Part shown: positions 8,703 to 16,628 of the stretch, piece after piece
How the letters are laid out: each line of letters starts with the position of its first letter
Position numbering within the stretch: the first letter of the stretch is position 1
NCBI GenBank assembly: GCA_030602665.1
Contig: JAUVZE010000001.1
Span: 1 to 29,023, forward strand
Direction: 5' to 3'
DNA length: 29,023 bases
Source of the DNA: Dehalococcoidia bacterium
GTDB lineage: Bacteria > Chloroflexota > Dehalococcoidia > Dehalococcoidales > JAUVZE01
The notes under the pieces: model-generated
Seen by the model: only the letters and a program-made list of their open reading frames with translations
Database searches by the model: none
Told to the model about the DNA's origin: nothing
Program-made: the position numbers and the translations under genes

Positions 8703-8990
8703 CTATCTCAGATTGCGTTTCCTTAGATACTCATCCAAGCCTTTAATAGGAACCTCAATGCGGATGGCATTATTGCCAAGCTGCCAGCAAGCATACTCAC
8801 AGGCCAAACATTCCGTGCCTCTCCGCTTCACCTCTTCTGGACTGAGATGGTCCACCGAGGGCTTCCCATCGCTTAACTGCAAAATCCCCCGGTCGTAAAC
8901 CTGACAGGCATCAACACAAGCCTTGCTACTACAATCCGGACATTTGGTTGTATCAATGATTACCTTGATGGTTCTTTCTTCAAATTCCAT
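8703..8990 (-). CDS. Small ferredoxin-like Fe-S protein (7 Cys)
   Basis: CPDCSSKACVDAC and GTECLACEYAC; has its own SD and sits tightly between the ligase subunits. Confidence 0.8.
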   Translation of the reverse strand: MEFEERTIKVIIDTTKCPDCSSKACVDACQVYDRGILQLSDGKPSVDHLSPEEVKRRGTECLACEYACWQLGNNAIRIEVPIKGLDEYLRKRNLR

Positions 8991-9005
8991 CAGCCGGCAA
9001 CCTCC

Positions 9006-10253
9006 TTATCTTGCCTTCTCCTTTCGGTATTGTTTTATCAGTTCCAGCATTCTCTGGCCAATGAAATCGCTGTCCTCAACACGCTCGCTCCCATAGATTT
9101 CAATACGACCAGGCAGACCCTTCAGCCCCTCTCTTAATATTCGCAAGGACTCTTTCTCCTTATTCCCCGCCAAGAGAAGGACACACGGAAATCCCAACCT
9201 CTTGGGGAGTTCTTCTCTCAGCACCTTGACTAAGGCATGAGCATGATGCCACTGCTCCTGATTAGCTATCATGAAGCCGGCCAATAGGTAACCTTCAATA
9301 TTGGGCTGAGATAGAACTACTTTGGCCACCCGGTAAACCTTGGAAGCCACCGGATTGCCACTCGTGTCAGCAAAATTCGCCGGCTTGAGACCCACCCGGC
9401 TAAGTGCGTCCATCCCTATCATGGCTGCCCCACCACCGATGGCATGGAAGCCAATGAATCCGGTGCTGGTTTCATCCAATGTCATCTTCATGACAAACCC
9501 CGAACCACGAAGGTCAGTTTCCTCAATCCCCCAGCCAACCCTGTCAAAATCAGTCGCTTCCCAGGGAAATTCTCTAGGGATAGTGATTCCCATCTCAGGG
9601 TGACGGAAGGTTGAGTTATCATCAATACCCATGCGGCAGTCTCCAGCAATCACTCTACCCTCTTGAGTCAATATTAGAGGATTGATTTCCAGAATATTGC
9701 AATCACGCTTCTTAAAGACTTCCACAACCTTAGAAATCACCCCCGCCACTTCCCCCAGCAATTGATTTGGAATACCAGCACTGCTAGCCAGGTTCAAAGC
9801 ATCATAGATAGGAAACCCTTTAAGATAATCAATCTCAGCCCGGAAGATTTTGTCCTCAGGAACTTCTTCTATATCCATCCCCCCTTGAGTGCTAAACATA
9901 ACTACCGGAGCCTGGCTCTTCCACGAGGAATCAGGAATTACACCGACATAATATTCCTTCTCAATGTTCAATTTCTCCTCTACCAACACCTGCCGGACGG
10001 GAAATCCTTTTACTTCCATGCCTAAAATAACGCTGGCCGCCTTCTCTGCTTCCTCGGGCGTGTCAGCAAACTTTATCGCACCGGCTTTCCCACGTCCTCC
10101 AACCCAAACCTGTGCCTTTACCACGACAGGTTTCCCTACTCTAGCAGTAACTTCATATGCCTCTTTGGCAGTTGAGGCAACCTCCCCTGTTGGAATGGCA
10201 ATGCCAACATCTTTGAGAAACTCCTTTCCTTGGTATTCAAATAGCCTAGCCAT
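9006..10253 (-). CDS. ADP-forming acid:CoA ligase beta subunit (ATP-grasp; SucC/ACL-beta family, ACL-like substrate domain)
   Basis: 'RLFEYQGKE', 'VVVKAQVWVGGRGKAGAIK', 'LEINPL' and 'IGGGAAM', 'NFADTSGNP', 'MIANQE'. Confidence 0.88.
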   Translation of the reverse strand: MARLFEYQGKEFLKDVGIAIPTGEVASTAKEAYEVTARVGKPVVVKAQVWVGGRGKAGAIKFADTPEEAEKAASVILGMEVKGFPVRQVLVEEKLNIEKEYYVGVIPDSSWKSQAPVVMFSTQGGMDIEEVPEDKIFRAEIDYLKGFPIYDALNLASSAGIPNQLLGEVAGVISKVVEVFKKRDCNILEINPLILTQEGRVIAGDCRMGIDDNSTFRHPEMGITIPREFPWEATDFDRVGWGIEETDLRGSGFVMKMTLDETSTGFIGFHAIGGGAAMIGMDALSRVGLKPANFADTSGNPVASKVYRVAKVVLSQPNIEGYLLAGFMIANQEQWHHAHALVKVLREELPKRLGFPCVLLLAGNKEKESLRILREGLKGLPGRIEIYGSERVEDSDFIGQRMLELIKQYRKEKAR

Positions 10254-10285
10254 CTACACCTCCTTTTGTCGCTACCAGAAATCCT

Positions 10286-11038
10286 TCATTCACCCCTGTA
10301 TCCCATCGCCCGAGAAATCTCCAATCCACAACGTTTAACTAGTAGCTTTAATTCTTCCACTCTCTTATCGCTTAGACGGGCAGAAGGCCCGGAAACACTG
10401 ATAGCGGCCACTACATTTCCATCGCAATCTTTTACCGCTGAGGCCACACACCTTACACCTACTTCCATCTCTTCGTCATCCTCGGCAATACCTTCTCGCC
10501 TAACAATTAGAAGTGTTTTCTTCAATTGGCTAAAATCCGTTATAGTATTTTTCGTATAATAAGGCAGGGCTTTGCTATTCAAGAATCTTTCCACTTCTGC
10601 CTCTCCCATATGAGCCAAAAAAACCTTCCCCACTCCGGTGCAATGTAGTGGTACTCTATTTCCCACCGCGGTAAATATTCGCAAGTTGTAATTAGATTCA
10701 ATTTGCTCAATATAAACGGCCTCGTTGGCATCCAAAATTGCCAGATTGACAGATTCATCAACCACCTTATTTAGCTCCTGCAAAAAAGGAAGCGCCACAT
10801 CTCTAATTTTCATCCTCCGCTTAACAATACTGCCGAATTCTAGCAATCTTGGGCCAAGGTAATACTTTCCTCTCTTCTGCCGTTGGTTAAGGTAACCTCT
10901 CTTAACTAGCAACGAGGTAATCCGATGAGCAGTGCTGATATTTAACCGGCTTAAATTGGCCAGCGCTGCTAATCCCATTTCGCCTTCTTGCTTCAAGAAG
11001 CTCTCTAAAATATCAAGTGCTTTTTCAACTGTCTGCAT
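10286..11038 (-). CDS. IclR-family transcriptional regulator
   Basis: 'QTVEKALDIL', HTH 'NISTAHRI', 'VDESVNLAIL', 'GNRVPLHCTGVGKVFLA', 'DDEEMEVGVRCVAS...AAISVSGP'. Confidence 0.95.
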   Translation of the reverse strand: MQTVEKALDILESFLKQEGEMGLAALANLSRLNISTAHRITSLLVKRGYLNQRQKRGKYYLGPRLLEFGSIVKRRMKIRDVALPFLQELNKVVDESVNLAILDANEAVYIEQIESNYNLRIFTAVGNRVPLHCTGVGKVFLAHMGEAEVERFLNSKALPYYTKNTITDFSQLKKTLLIVRREGIAEDDEEMEVGVRCVASAVKDCDGNVVAAISVSGPSARLSDKRVEELKLLVKRCGLEISRAMGYRGE

Positions 11039-11048
11039 GATTCTTGAC

Positions 11049-11063
11049 TTTTATATAATGAAA
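11049..11063. promoter_or_regulatory. Candidate IclR operator TTTTAT-ATA-ATGAAA
   Basis: 15-bp palindrome, one mismatch from TTTCAT-N3-ATGAAA, located between the predicted transcription start and the iclR ATG. Confidence 0.5.
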
Positions 11064-11082
11064 ATGACTTTTATTTTTGAAC

Positions 11083-11111
11083 ATCTTACCAAAGAATTCT
11101 TATTTTGTCAA
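11083..11111 (-). promoter_or_regulatory. Sigma70-type promoter of the iclR-ligase-lyase operon
   Basis: TTGACA (11111-11106), 17 bp, TAAGAT (11088-11083). Confidence 0.7.
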
Positions 11112-11339
11112 TAGTTTTGTGCTACCTTGTGAAGAAAGGGGATATACCCAGGGTGTTGACAAGACACAAGATACTGGAGACGAATCCCTGTCCGAAGTGG
11201 AATCTAGTTACGACTTTAGGGGGAGGTGTTATTACCGAGAAACCGGACCAATCCACTGGCATGTTACCCAGATTGATTCAACAGTTTAACTTGGATTAGG
11301 ATACAAGTTAGGAGGTAGTTTCCTAGAGCGCGATTACTC

Positions 11340-11738
11340 TCAAAAGCCCACCCTCTTCAGCATCTTTTCTACTCGACTTAGCAGTTCGTCAGGAGGCACC
11401 GGTTTATCAATATAATCTTCTGCTTCAAGTGTAAGCCCTGCGCTGACTGGGATAGAGGTTTCTCCTTTCTTCTCCGCAAAGGCCGTCAGCATTAACACCG
11501 GGATTTTTGAAAGCTCCGGATTACCTTTGAGTTGTTCGCAGACGGTAAATCCGTCCTTAGTAGGCATGATTACATCTAAGATGATCAGGTCAGGGCGCTC
11601 GTCTTGTACCTTCTGCAAACCCTCGTCCCCGTCAAAAGCAGCGCTCACTTGGTAGTTTTTACTTTCTAGAACTACTTTTGTCGCCTGCACGAAAACAGGG
11701 TCATCATCAACAACTAGGATTCTAGCCTGTCTTGCCAT
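11340..11738 (-). CDS. Single-domain response regulator (receiver only)
   Basis: 'ILVVDDD', 'PDLIILDVIMP', 'MLTA', 'IDKP'. Start moved to ATG 11738 because an AAGGAGG SD lies just upstream. Confidence 0.9.
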   Translation of the reverse strand: MARQARILVVDDDPVFVQATKVVLESKNYQVSAAFDGDEGLQKVQDERPDLIILDVIMPTKDGFTVCEQLKGNPELSKIPVLMLTAFAEKKGETSIPVSAGLTLEAEDYIDKPVPPDELLSRVEKMLKRVGF

Positions 11739-11774
11739 TGTTTTTCCTCCTTCGGCTATGTTCAAGCTTTGTTA

Positions 11775-13331
11775 TTAAAGCCTAGACTTACACTTCATTA
11801 AAACTTTCTCTACCCGCTGAAGCAGGAGAGGAGGGGAAATTGGCTTTTCTACATAATCCTCGATGCCAGGGCTTGTCTTAGTTTCAAGCTCATAACGCCG
11901 GCGGCTGCTGTCCTCCCTCACTGCGCTTAATATCAGAATCGGTATCTTACTGCCACCAGCCCCTGCTTGCTCGTTAAGTCGCTTAACAACTTCAAATCCA
12001 TCCATCCTCGGCATAAGTAGGTCCAGAATCAGCAAGTCTGGTTTCTCCTCTTCTATTTTGGTTAAGGCCTCTTCTCCATCTTGGGCGGTAGATACCTGGT
12101 AACCTCGTGATTCTAGGACAAGGGTTATTACTTTTAGCATTTCGGGGTCATCATCAGCAACCAAGATTCTCTCTCCCCCCACCACCACCTTTTCCTCCTT
12201 TATTCTGCCTTTGGCTGCTACTGAGACCTTAGGTATAGTAAAGCTGAATTTGGTTCCTATTCCACTTTCAGGGCATGGACTTTCCACCCAAATTAGACCG
12301 CCATGTGCCTCAATAATCCTCTTTGCTATAGAAAGCCCTAAACCGACTCCTTCCGCATCTACCTTCACACCCCGATAAAAGTCATCAAATATTCTCGGCA
12401 GTTCTTCAGGAGAAATCCCTATCCCCGTGTCTGCGACATCTAACTGGATACAATCATCCATCTCCCGAGAGCTGATTGAGACCCTGCCACCAGCAGGAGT
12501 GAACTTAACGCCATCGCTCAACAAATTGGTAAACACCTGCCGCAAGCGCTTTGGTATTCCCAAGACTTGGGGCAATTTTGTAGACACATTGTTGTCTAAC
12601 TGTACTCCCTTTTGTTGAGCTACCCCCTGGACATCACCTATGGAACTTTCTATTACTTCAGACAGAGATAAGTTTTCAAAATCCAGTTCTCCAATTTCGA
12701 TATACGAAATGTCTAGGATATTGTCAATCATGCTGGTAAGGTCTGAAATTCGTTGCTTGCTTCCGGTTAGCAGCTCCTTCTGCCTGTCAGTAATATCTCC
12801 GCTATAGCCACTCACTATGACATCCAGACAACTTTGAACGGTAGCAAGAGGCGCTCTTAGATCGTGAGAACATACAGATAAAACATGAGCCAGTGTCTGT
12901 CTAGCATGTGACAACCTGCCAGACACTAAACTAACAAGCTCGTGCATCACCTTGCGGCATAAATCAGTGTCTTCATCACACAGATGGCGGAGAAGGTCTC
13001 CACTCAAGGCGAGTAATTTAGTATTTCCTGTAGATATTGCCGACAGGGTGAAAACTGGTGTCTCTGACAGTGCCGACCAGCCAAAAACCTGCCCCTCCGT
13101 TGCAATATCAATGGTTGCCTGTTTTCTCGTCCTTCGGCCAATACGAATCTCCATCTTAAGAGCGACTTGCCCCTCTGCGACGATGTAAAGATTGTGCGCG
13201 CTATCGCCCTCGCTGAAGATACGTGCCCCCGCCGCATAGGACTCCTCCCGGCATAACCCAGCTACTTTGTCTATCTGGGCGTCAGATAGTTTCCAAAACA
13301 TCTGGGAATTTTTGATAATCTCTCTCACCAT
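11775..13331 (-). CDS. Hybrid sensor histidine kinase: cNMP-like domain + HisKA + HATPase + receiver
   Basis: cNMP fold 'IFSEGDSAHNLYIVAEGQV', H-box 'SHDLRAPL', G1 'DTGIGI', G2 'GVGLGLS', receiver 'ILDLLMP'. The likely start is ATG 13331 or GTG 13334 rather than 13409, given the promoter position. Confidence 0.88.
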   Translation of the reverse strand: MVREIIKNSQMFWKLSDAQIDKVAGLCREESYAAGARIFSEGDSAHNLYIVAEGQVALKMEIRIGRRTRKQATIDIATEGQVFGWSALSETPVFTLSAISTGNTKLLALSGDLLRHLCDEDTDLCRKVMHELVSLVSGRLSHARQTLAHVLSVCSHDLRAPLATVQSCLDVIVSGYSGDITDRQKELLTGSKQRISDLTSMIDNILDISYIEIGELDFENLSLSEVIESSIGDVQGVAQQKGVQLDNNVSTKLPQVLGIPKRLRQVFTNLLSDGVKFTPAGGRVSISSREMDDCIQLDVADTGIGISPEELPRIFDDFYRGVKVDAEGVGLGLSIAKRIIEAHGGLIWVESPCPESGIGTKFSFTIPKVSVAAKGRIKEEKVVVGGERILVADDDPEMLKVITLVLESRGYQVSTAQDGEEALTKIEEEKPDLLILDLLMPRMDGFEVVKRLNEQAGAGGSKIPILILSAVREDSSRRRYELETKTSPGIEDYVEKPISPPLLLQRVEKVLMKCKSRL

Positions 13332-13413
13332 CACAAGCCTTATTCTTCTGACCCCTATTTCTAATCGTACCTGGATATGGCTAGGGCTATCGCCAAGCTC
13401 ATCTAACATTACT

Positions 13414-13442
13414 ATATTACTGGATGCTAACTAAGCCGTCAA
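13414..13442 (-). promoter_or_regulatory. Sigma70-type promoter of the kinase/receiver pair
   Basis: TTGACG (13442-13437), 17 bp, TAATAT (13419-13414). Confidence 0.5.
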
Positions 13443-13568
13443 GATTTCAACGGCTGTTGACCTTGATGGTAAGACCTCCTTCCTTTATTTCCTTTGTTCT
13501 AGGGTCAGTGCTGCCTTATCTTTTCTTACACAACTTTTTCTCCACAATTCAGAATAGAGCCCACAAGC

Positions 13569-13597
13569 TTGAACTTTTCTAAATGGGGGATTATAAT
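13569..13597 (+). promoter_or_regulatory. Sigma70-type promoter of the hdr-met-mvh operon
   Basis: TTGAAC (13569-13574), 17 bp, TATAAT (13592-13597). Confidence 0.7.
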
Positions 13598-13645
13598 AAA
13601 TAAATGGGAAAGAGATAAAGTGACTTTTTATAAGTTATAAAGGGC

Positions 13646-13672
13646 AAATACACAGGGGACTGTGTATTTTTT
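13646..13672 (+). other. Perfect 10-bp inverted repeat AAATACACAG-ggga-CTGTGTATTT followed by a T run (operator or leader terminator)
   Basis: Seen directly, between the promoter and the hdrA1 start. Confidence 0.55.
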
Positions 13673-13700
13673 GTGTCTGTTCCATTAGGAGTTTGGAGAT

Positions 13701-14954
13701 TTGGCAAATGAAAGTGTTTTAGTTATCGGAGGGGGTGTAGCTGGGGTATCCTCAGCATTGAAGCTGGCTGAGAATGGTTTCCAGGTTTATCTAGTAGAAA
13801 GAGGGCCGATAATAGGGGGGCAGGCTGCGGTATTCTGTTGCAAGGCAACCGAAACATGTAGCCAATGCTCTGTCTGTCTGGTGCCTGAAAAGATACTGGA
13901 GGTGGCAGCTAATTCCCAGATTTCGCTTGTGGTCAATTCGGAAGTGGTGGGAATAAGCGGTGGAATTGGTGATTTCAAGGTTGACTTGCTTCAAAAGCCT
14001 GGATTCGTTGACCCTGAGAAGTGTATCGCCTGTGGAATCTGCACGGAACTTTGCCCCTGTGAACCTCAAAAGGGGATTTATTTGCCGTTTCCGGAAACAG
14101 CGCCTCGCACATATATAATCGACAAAAATCAATGCCTTCGCTTTAAAGGGGCCGAGTGTAATGTTTGCCAAGATAACTGTCCGGCGGGAGCTATCGACTT
14201 TGAACAGAAACCTAAAGAATTAGAGGTTAGTGCAGTAATTGTGGCCACCGGTTTCGAGGTCTTTGATGCTAGAGAAAAGGGATTGCTAGGCTATGGCAGG
14301 TATTCCAATGTACTCACTGGGCTTGACCTTGAGAGGATATTTGCCACTGGTGACTCGGTCACCTTGCCTTCAAGCGGGGAATGCCCCCGGAATATTGCCT
14401 TTATTCAGTGTGTTGGTTCACGGGACGAGTATATTGGTAATGGCTACTGCTCTCAGGTATGCTGCAAATACGCTATGAGATTCGCTAAGCTTCTGCAATA
14501 TCAGAATCCTGAGGCAAAGGTAACCATATTCTACATAGACCTTCAGACTGCAGGAAAAGGCTTCGGCGAATTCTACAAGGAATGTAAGGAAACCATCCGA
14601 TTTGTCCGAGGCATACCGGTGGAGGTTTGCAAGCTCTCCCCTAATGAGCTAGAGGTTAAATACGAAGACCTTACCAAAGGGAAAATTACCAAAGAGAGCT
14701 ACGACCTGGTAGTCCTATCGGTAGGCACCGCCCCCAGAAAAGACTCTTGGGATTTAGCCAGGGTTTTAGGCATCAACTTAGGGGATTATGGGTTTTTTGA
14801 CACTCAGGACACCCTAGACAGCAGCAGAACCAACGTCAATGGCATCTTCCTAGCTGGAACCTGTCAGGGGCCAAGGGACATACCTGAATCCATAGCTCAC
14901 GGTATTCAGGCAGCATCTAAGGTCATCCAGACCTTAACAGCGAGGGCTATTTAA
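13701..14954 (+). CDS. hdrA: HdrA/QmoA-like flavoprotein 1 (FAD domain with inserted 2x[4Fe-4S])
   Basis: GGGVAG, CIACGICTELCP, CLRFKGAECNVCQDNCP, 'IQCVGSRD...YCSQVCC', 'GTCQGPRDIP'. Confidence 0.88.
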   Translation: MANESVLVIGGGVAGVSSALKLAENGFQVYLVERGPIIGGQAAVFCCKATETCSQCSVCLVPEKILEVAANSQISLVVNSEVVGISGGIGDFKVDLLQKPGFVDPEKCIACGICTELCPCEPQKGIYLPFPETAPRTYIIDKNQCLRFKGAECNVCQDNCPAGAIDFEQKPKELEVSAVIVATGFEVFDAREKGLLGYGRYSNVLTGLDLERIFATGDSVTLPSSGECPRNIAFIQCVGSRDEYIGNGYCSQVCCKYAMRFAKLLQYQNPEAKVTIFYIDLQTAGKGFGEFYKECKETIRFVRGIPVEVCKLSPNELEVKYEDLTKGKITKESYDLVVLSVGTAPRKDSWDLARVLGINLGDYGFFDTQDTLDSSRTNVNGIFLAGTCQGPRDIPESIAHGIQAASKVIQTLTARAI

Positions 14955-16628
14955 GTGGATAATGGGTTAAAATTAGGCGTTTTCCTCTGTGATTGCGGTG
15001 GTACTTTATCAAAAGTCACCGATTTTTCGGCTATCAAAGCGAAACTGCAAAAACTCTCCGATGTTACCTATGTAGGCATAAGCCATGACCTGTGCCTTAA
15101 GAGAGCGCAGCAGGCAATGCAAAAGGACATCAAGGATAAAGGCATCAACAGGGTTGTTGTTGCTGCTTGCTCACCAGAGCTCCACGAAAATGATTTCATG
15201 AATGTAGTCCAGTCAGCCGGAGTGAATCGGCACCTTCTCTCTATGGCAAACATCAGGGAGCAATGCTTTTGGGCTCACCCAGACAAGGGCAAGGCTGCCA
15301 AAAAAGCAATGACCCAAATAGGGATGGCTATAAATAGAGCACGATTTTTGGAGCCTGTGGAACAGACACAAATTTCAGTAAATAAGGATGTTTTAGTAAT
15401 CGGTGGTGGTATAACGGGTATCCAGGCAGCTATTGAACTCTCTAACCTGAATTTAAAGACCACTCTTGTAGAAAAAGAAGCTACCTTGGGAGGCAAGCTA
15501 AATCGGTTTGCCAACCTCTATCCAGTCCAGGTTAGTCCGGAAGAGGTGCTAGCCACAAAACTAAAGCAGGTTGCCGAGAGTCAAAACATCTATGTTTTGA
15601 CCTCTGCTGAGCTTATAGATGTAAGTGGGGAAGTAGGAAACTTCTCAGCACGGATAAAGAGAGGGAATGGAGAATTTGTGCGAAATTTTGGGGCTATTAT
15701 CTTTGCCACTGGCTACACCACTCAATTCTCAAGCCAAATCTACGGGCTTGAACTTTCAAACAATATCATCACTCAATCTCAACTGGAAGAGATGCTTAAA
15801 TCTTCCAGTGAAGTTAAACAAATACCCAAGAGTGTATGCTTCGTCACAGATATCTCCGATGAACATTCCCGAGTTTCACCCCTTTCTGCTTTGAGGAATG
15901 CTTTAGGCATCAAGGAGAAGTTCAGAGGTGAAGTCTGCGTATTGTGCCAGAATTTGAAGGTTGATGGCGCTGGCCTAGAGAAGCTTTACCGTGATTGCCG
16001 AAATAAGGGGGTGCTCTTTATCAAGTTTGACAATTCACCGAGAATCTCGAAGCAGGACGGGAAAATAAAAATCGAGGTAGAGGATGTTTTAATGTCAGGG
16101 GAGCAGGTGACCCTACCTTGTGACCTTCTTGTGGTAGAAGAAACATCCGTGCCACCTCTGGATTCTAAGGTTCTAGGTTCTACTCTATATATGGGTCTTG
16201 ATGCACAAGGTTTCTATCAGGAGAACAACGTTCATCTTTACCCCACGGCTTCAAATAGAGAAGGGATTTTCTTCGCTGGAAATTGCCACGCAGATTTAGA
16301 CCTGATGCAGGCATTGACCGACGCAAGCAATGTGGCATTGAGTGCCTACCAGCTCCTAGCCCAGGGGAAGATAGCTGTTGAAGCAGAAAAGGTGATGGTC
16401 GACCCTAATAAGTGCCGCTTTTGCTTAACCTGTATCCGTGCCTGCCCTCATCATGCGATTCAAGAAGCTAAGGTGAACCACGAAAAAATGGTTGCCCAGA
16501 TTGCAGACCTTGCTTGCCAAGGCTGCGGTATTTGTGCTGTAGTTTGCCCGGCTAAAGCCATAAAACCCAAAGATTGGAGCGACGAGCAAATACTAGCTGA
16601 ATTTGAGCTATTGGGAGAATATGTATGA
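14955..16628 (+). CDS. hdrA: HdrA/QmoB-like flavoprotein 2 (N-terminal Fe-S domain, FAD domain, C-terminal 2x[4Fe-4S])
   Basis: 'GVFLCDCG...HDLC...AACS...IREQC', GGGITG, CRFCLTCIRACP, CQGCGICAVVCP. The FAD-proximal Cys motif is degenerate. Confidence 0.85.
   Translation: MDNGLKLGVFLCDCGGTLSKVTDFSAIKAKLQKLSDVTYVGISHDLCLKRAQQAMQKDIKDKGINRVVVAACSPELHENDFMNVVQSAGVNRHLLSMANIREQCFWAHPDKGKAAKKAMTQIGMAINRARFLEPVEQTQISVNKDVLVIGGGITGIQAAIELSNLNLKTTLVEKEATLGGKLNRFANLYPVQVSPEEVLATKLKQVAESQNIYVLTSAELIDVSGEVGNFSARIKRGNGEFVRNFGAIIFATGYTTQFSSQIYGLELSNNIITQSQLEEMLKSSSEVKQIPKSVCFVTDISDEHSRVSPLSALRNALGIKEKFRGEVCVLCQNLKVDGAGLEKLYRDCRNKGVLFIKFDNSPRISKQDGKIKIEVEDVLMSGEQVTLPCDLLVVEETSVPPLDSKVLGSTLYMGLDAQGFYQENNVHLYPTASNREGIFFAGNCHADLDLMQALTDASNVALSAYQLLAQGKIAVEAEKVMVDPNKCRFCLTCIRACPHHAIQEAKVNHEKMVAQIADLACQGCGICAVVCPAKAIKPKDWSDEQILAEFELLGEYV

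Noticed and set aside
7797-10253. Annotation as ordinary succinyl-CoA synthetase sucCD
   Set aside because: The succinate-loop NGAG, NFLDVGG and SRSGTL motifs are replaced by ACL-like variants, and the gene context is not TCA-cycle.
11112-11339. Short plus-strand ORFs (11077-11289, 11105-11299), a TTGACA and a GGGGGAGGTG SD-like run
   Set aside because: No properly spaced -10, no start codon after the SD, no recognizable domain or RNA fold. Left unassigned; a covariance-model search would be needed.
13437-13471. Orphan AAGGAGG followed by ATC and a 6-codon frame on the minus strand
   Set aside because: Too short to interpret. It may be a relic of a lost gene start but cannot be supported.
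14940-14970. Read-through or selenocysteine fusion of the in-frame hdrA1 and hdrA2
   Set aside because: The stop is TAA, not TGA. hdrA2 has its own GAGG SD before GTG, and the joint is much shorter than the equivalent HdrL linker, so these are two genes.
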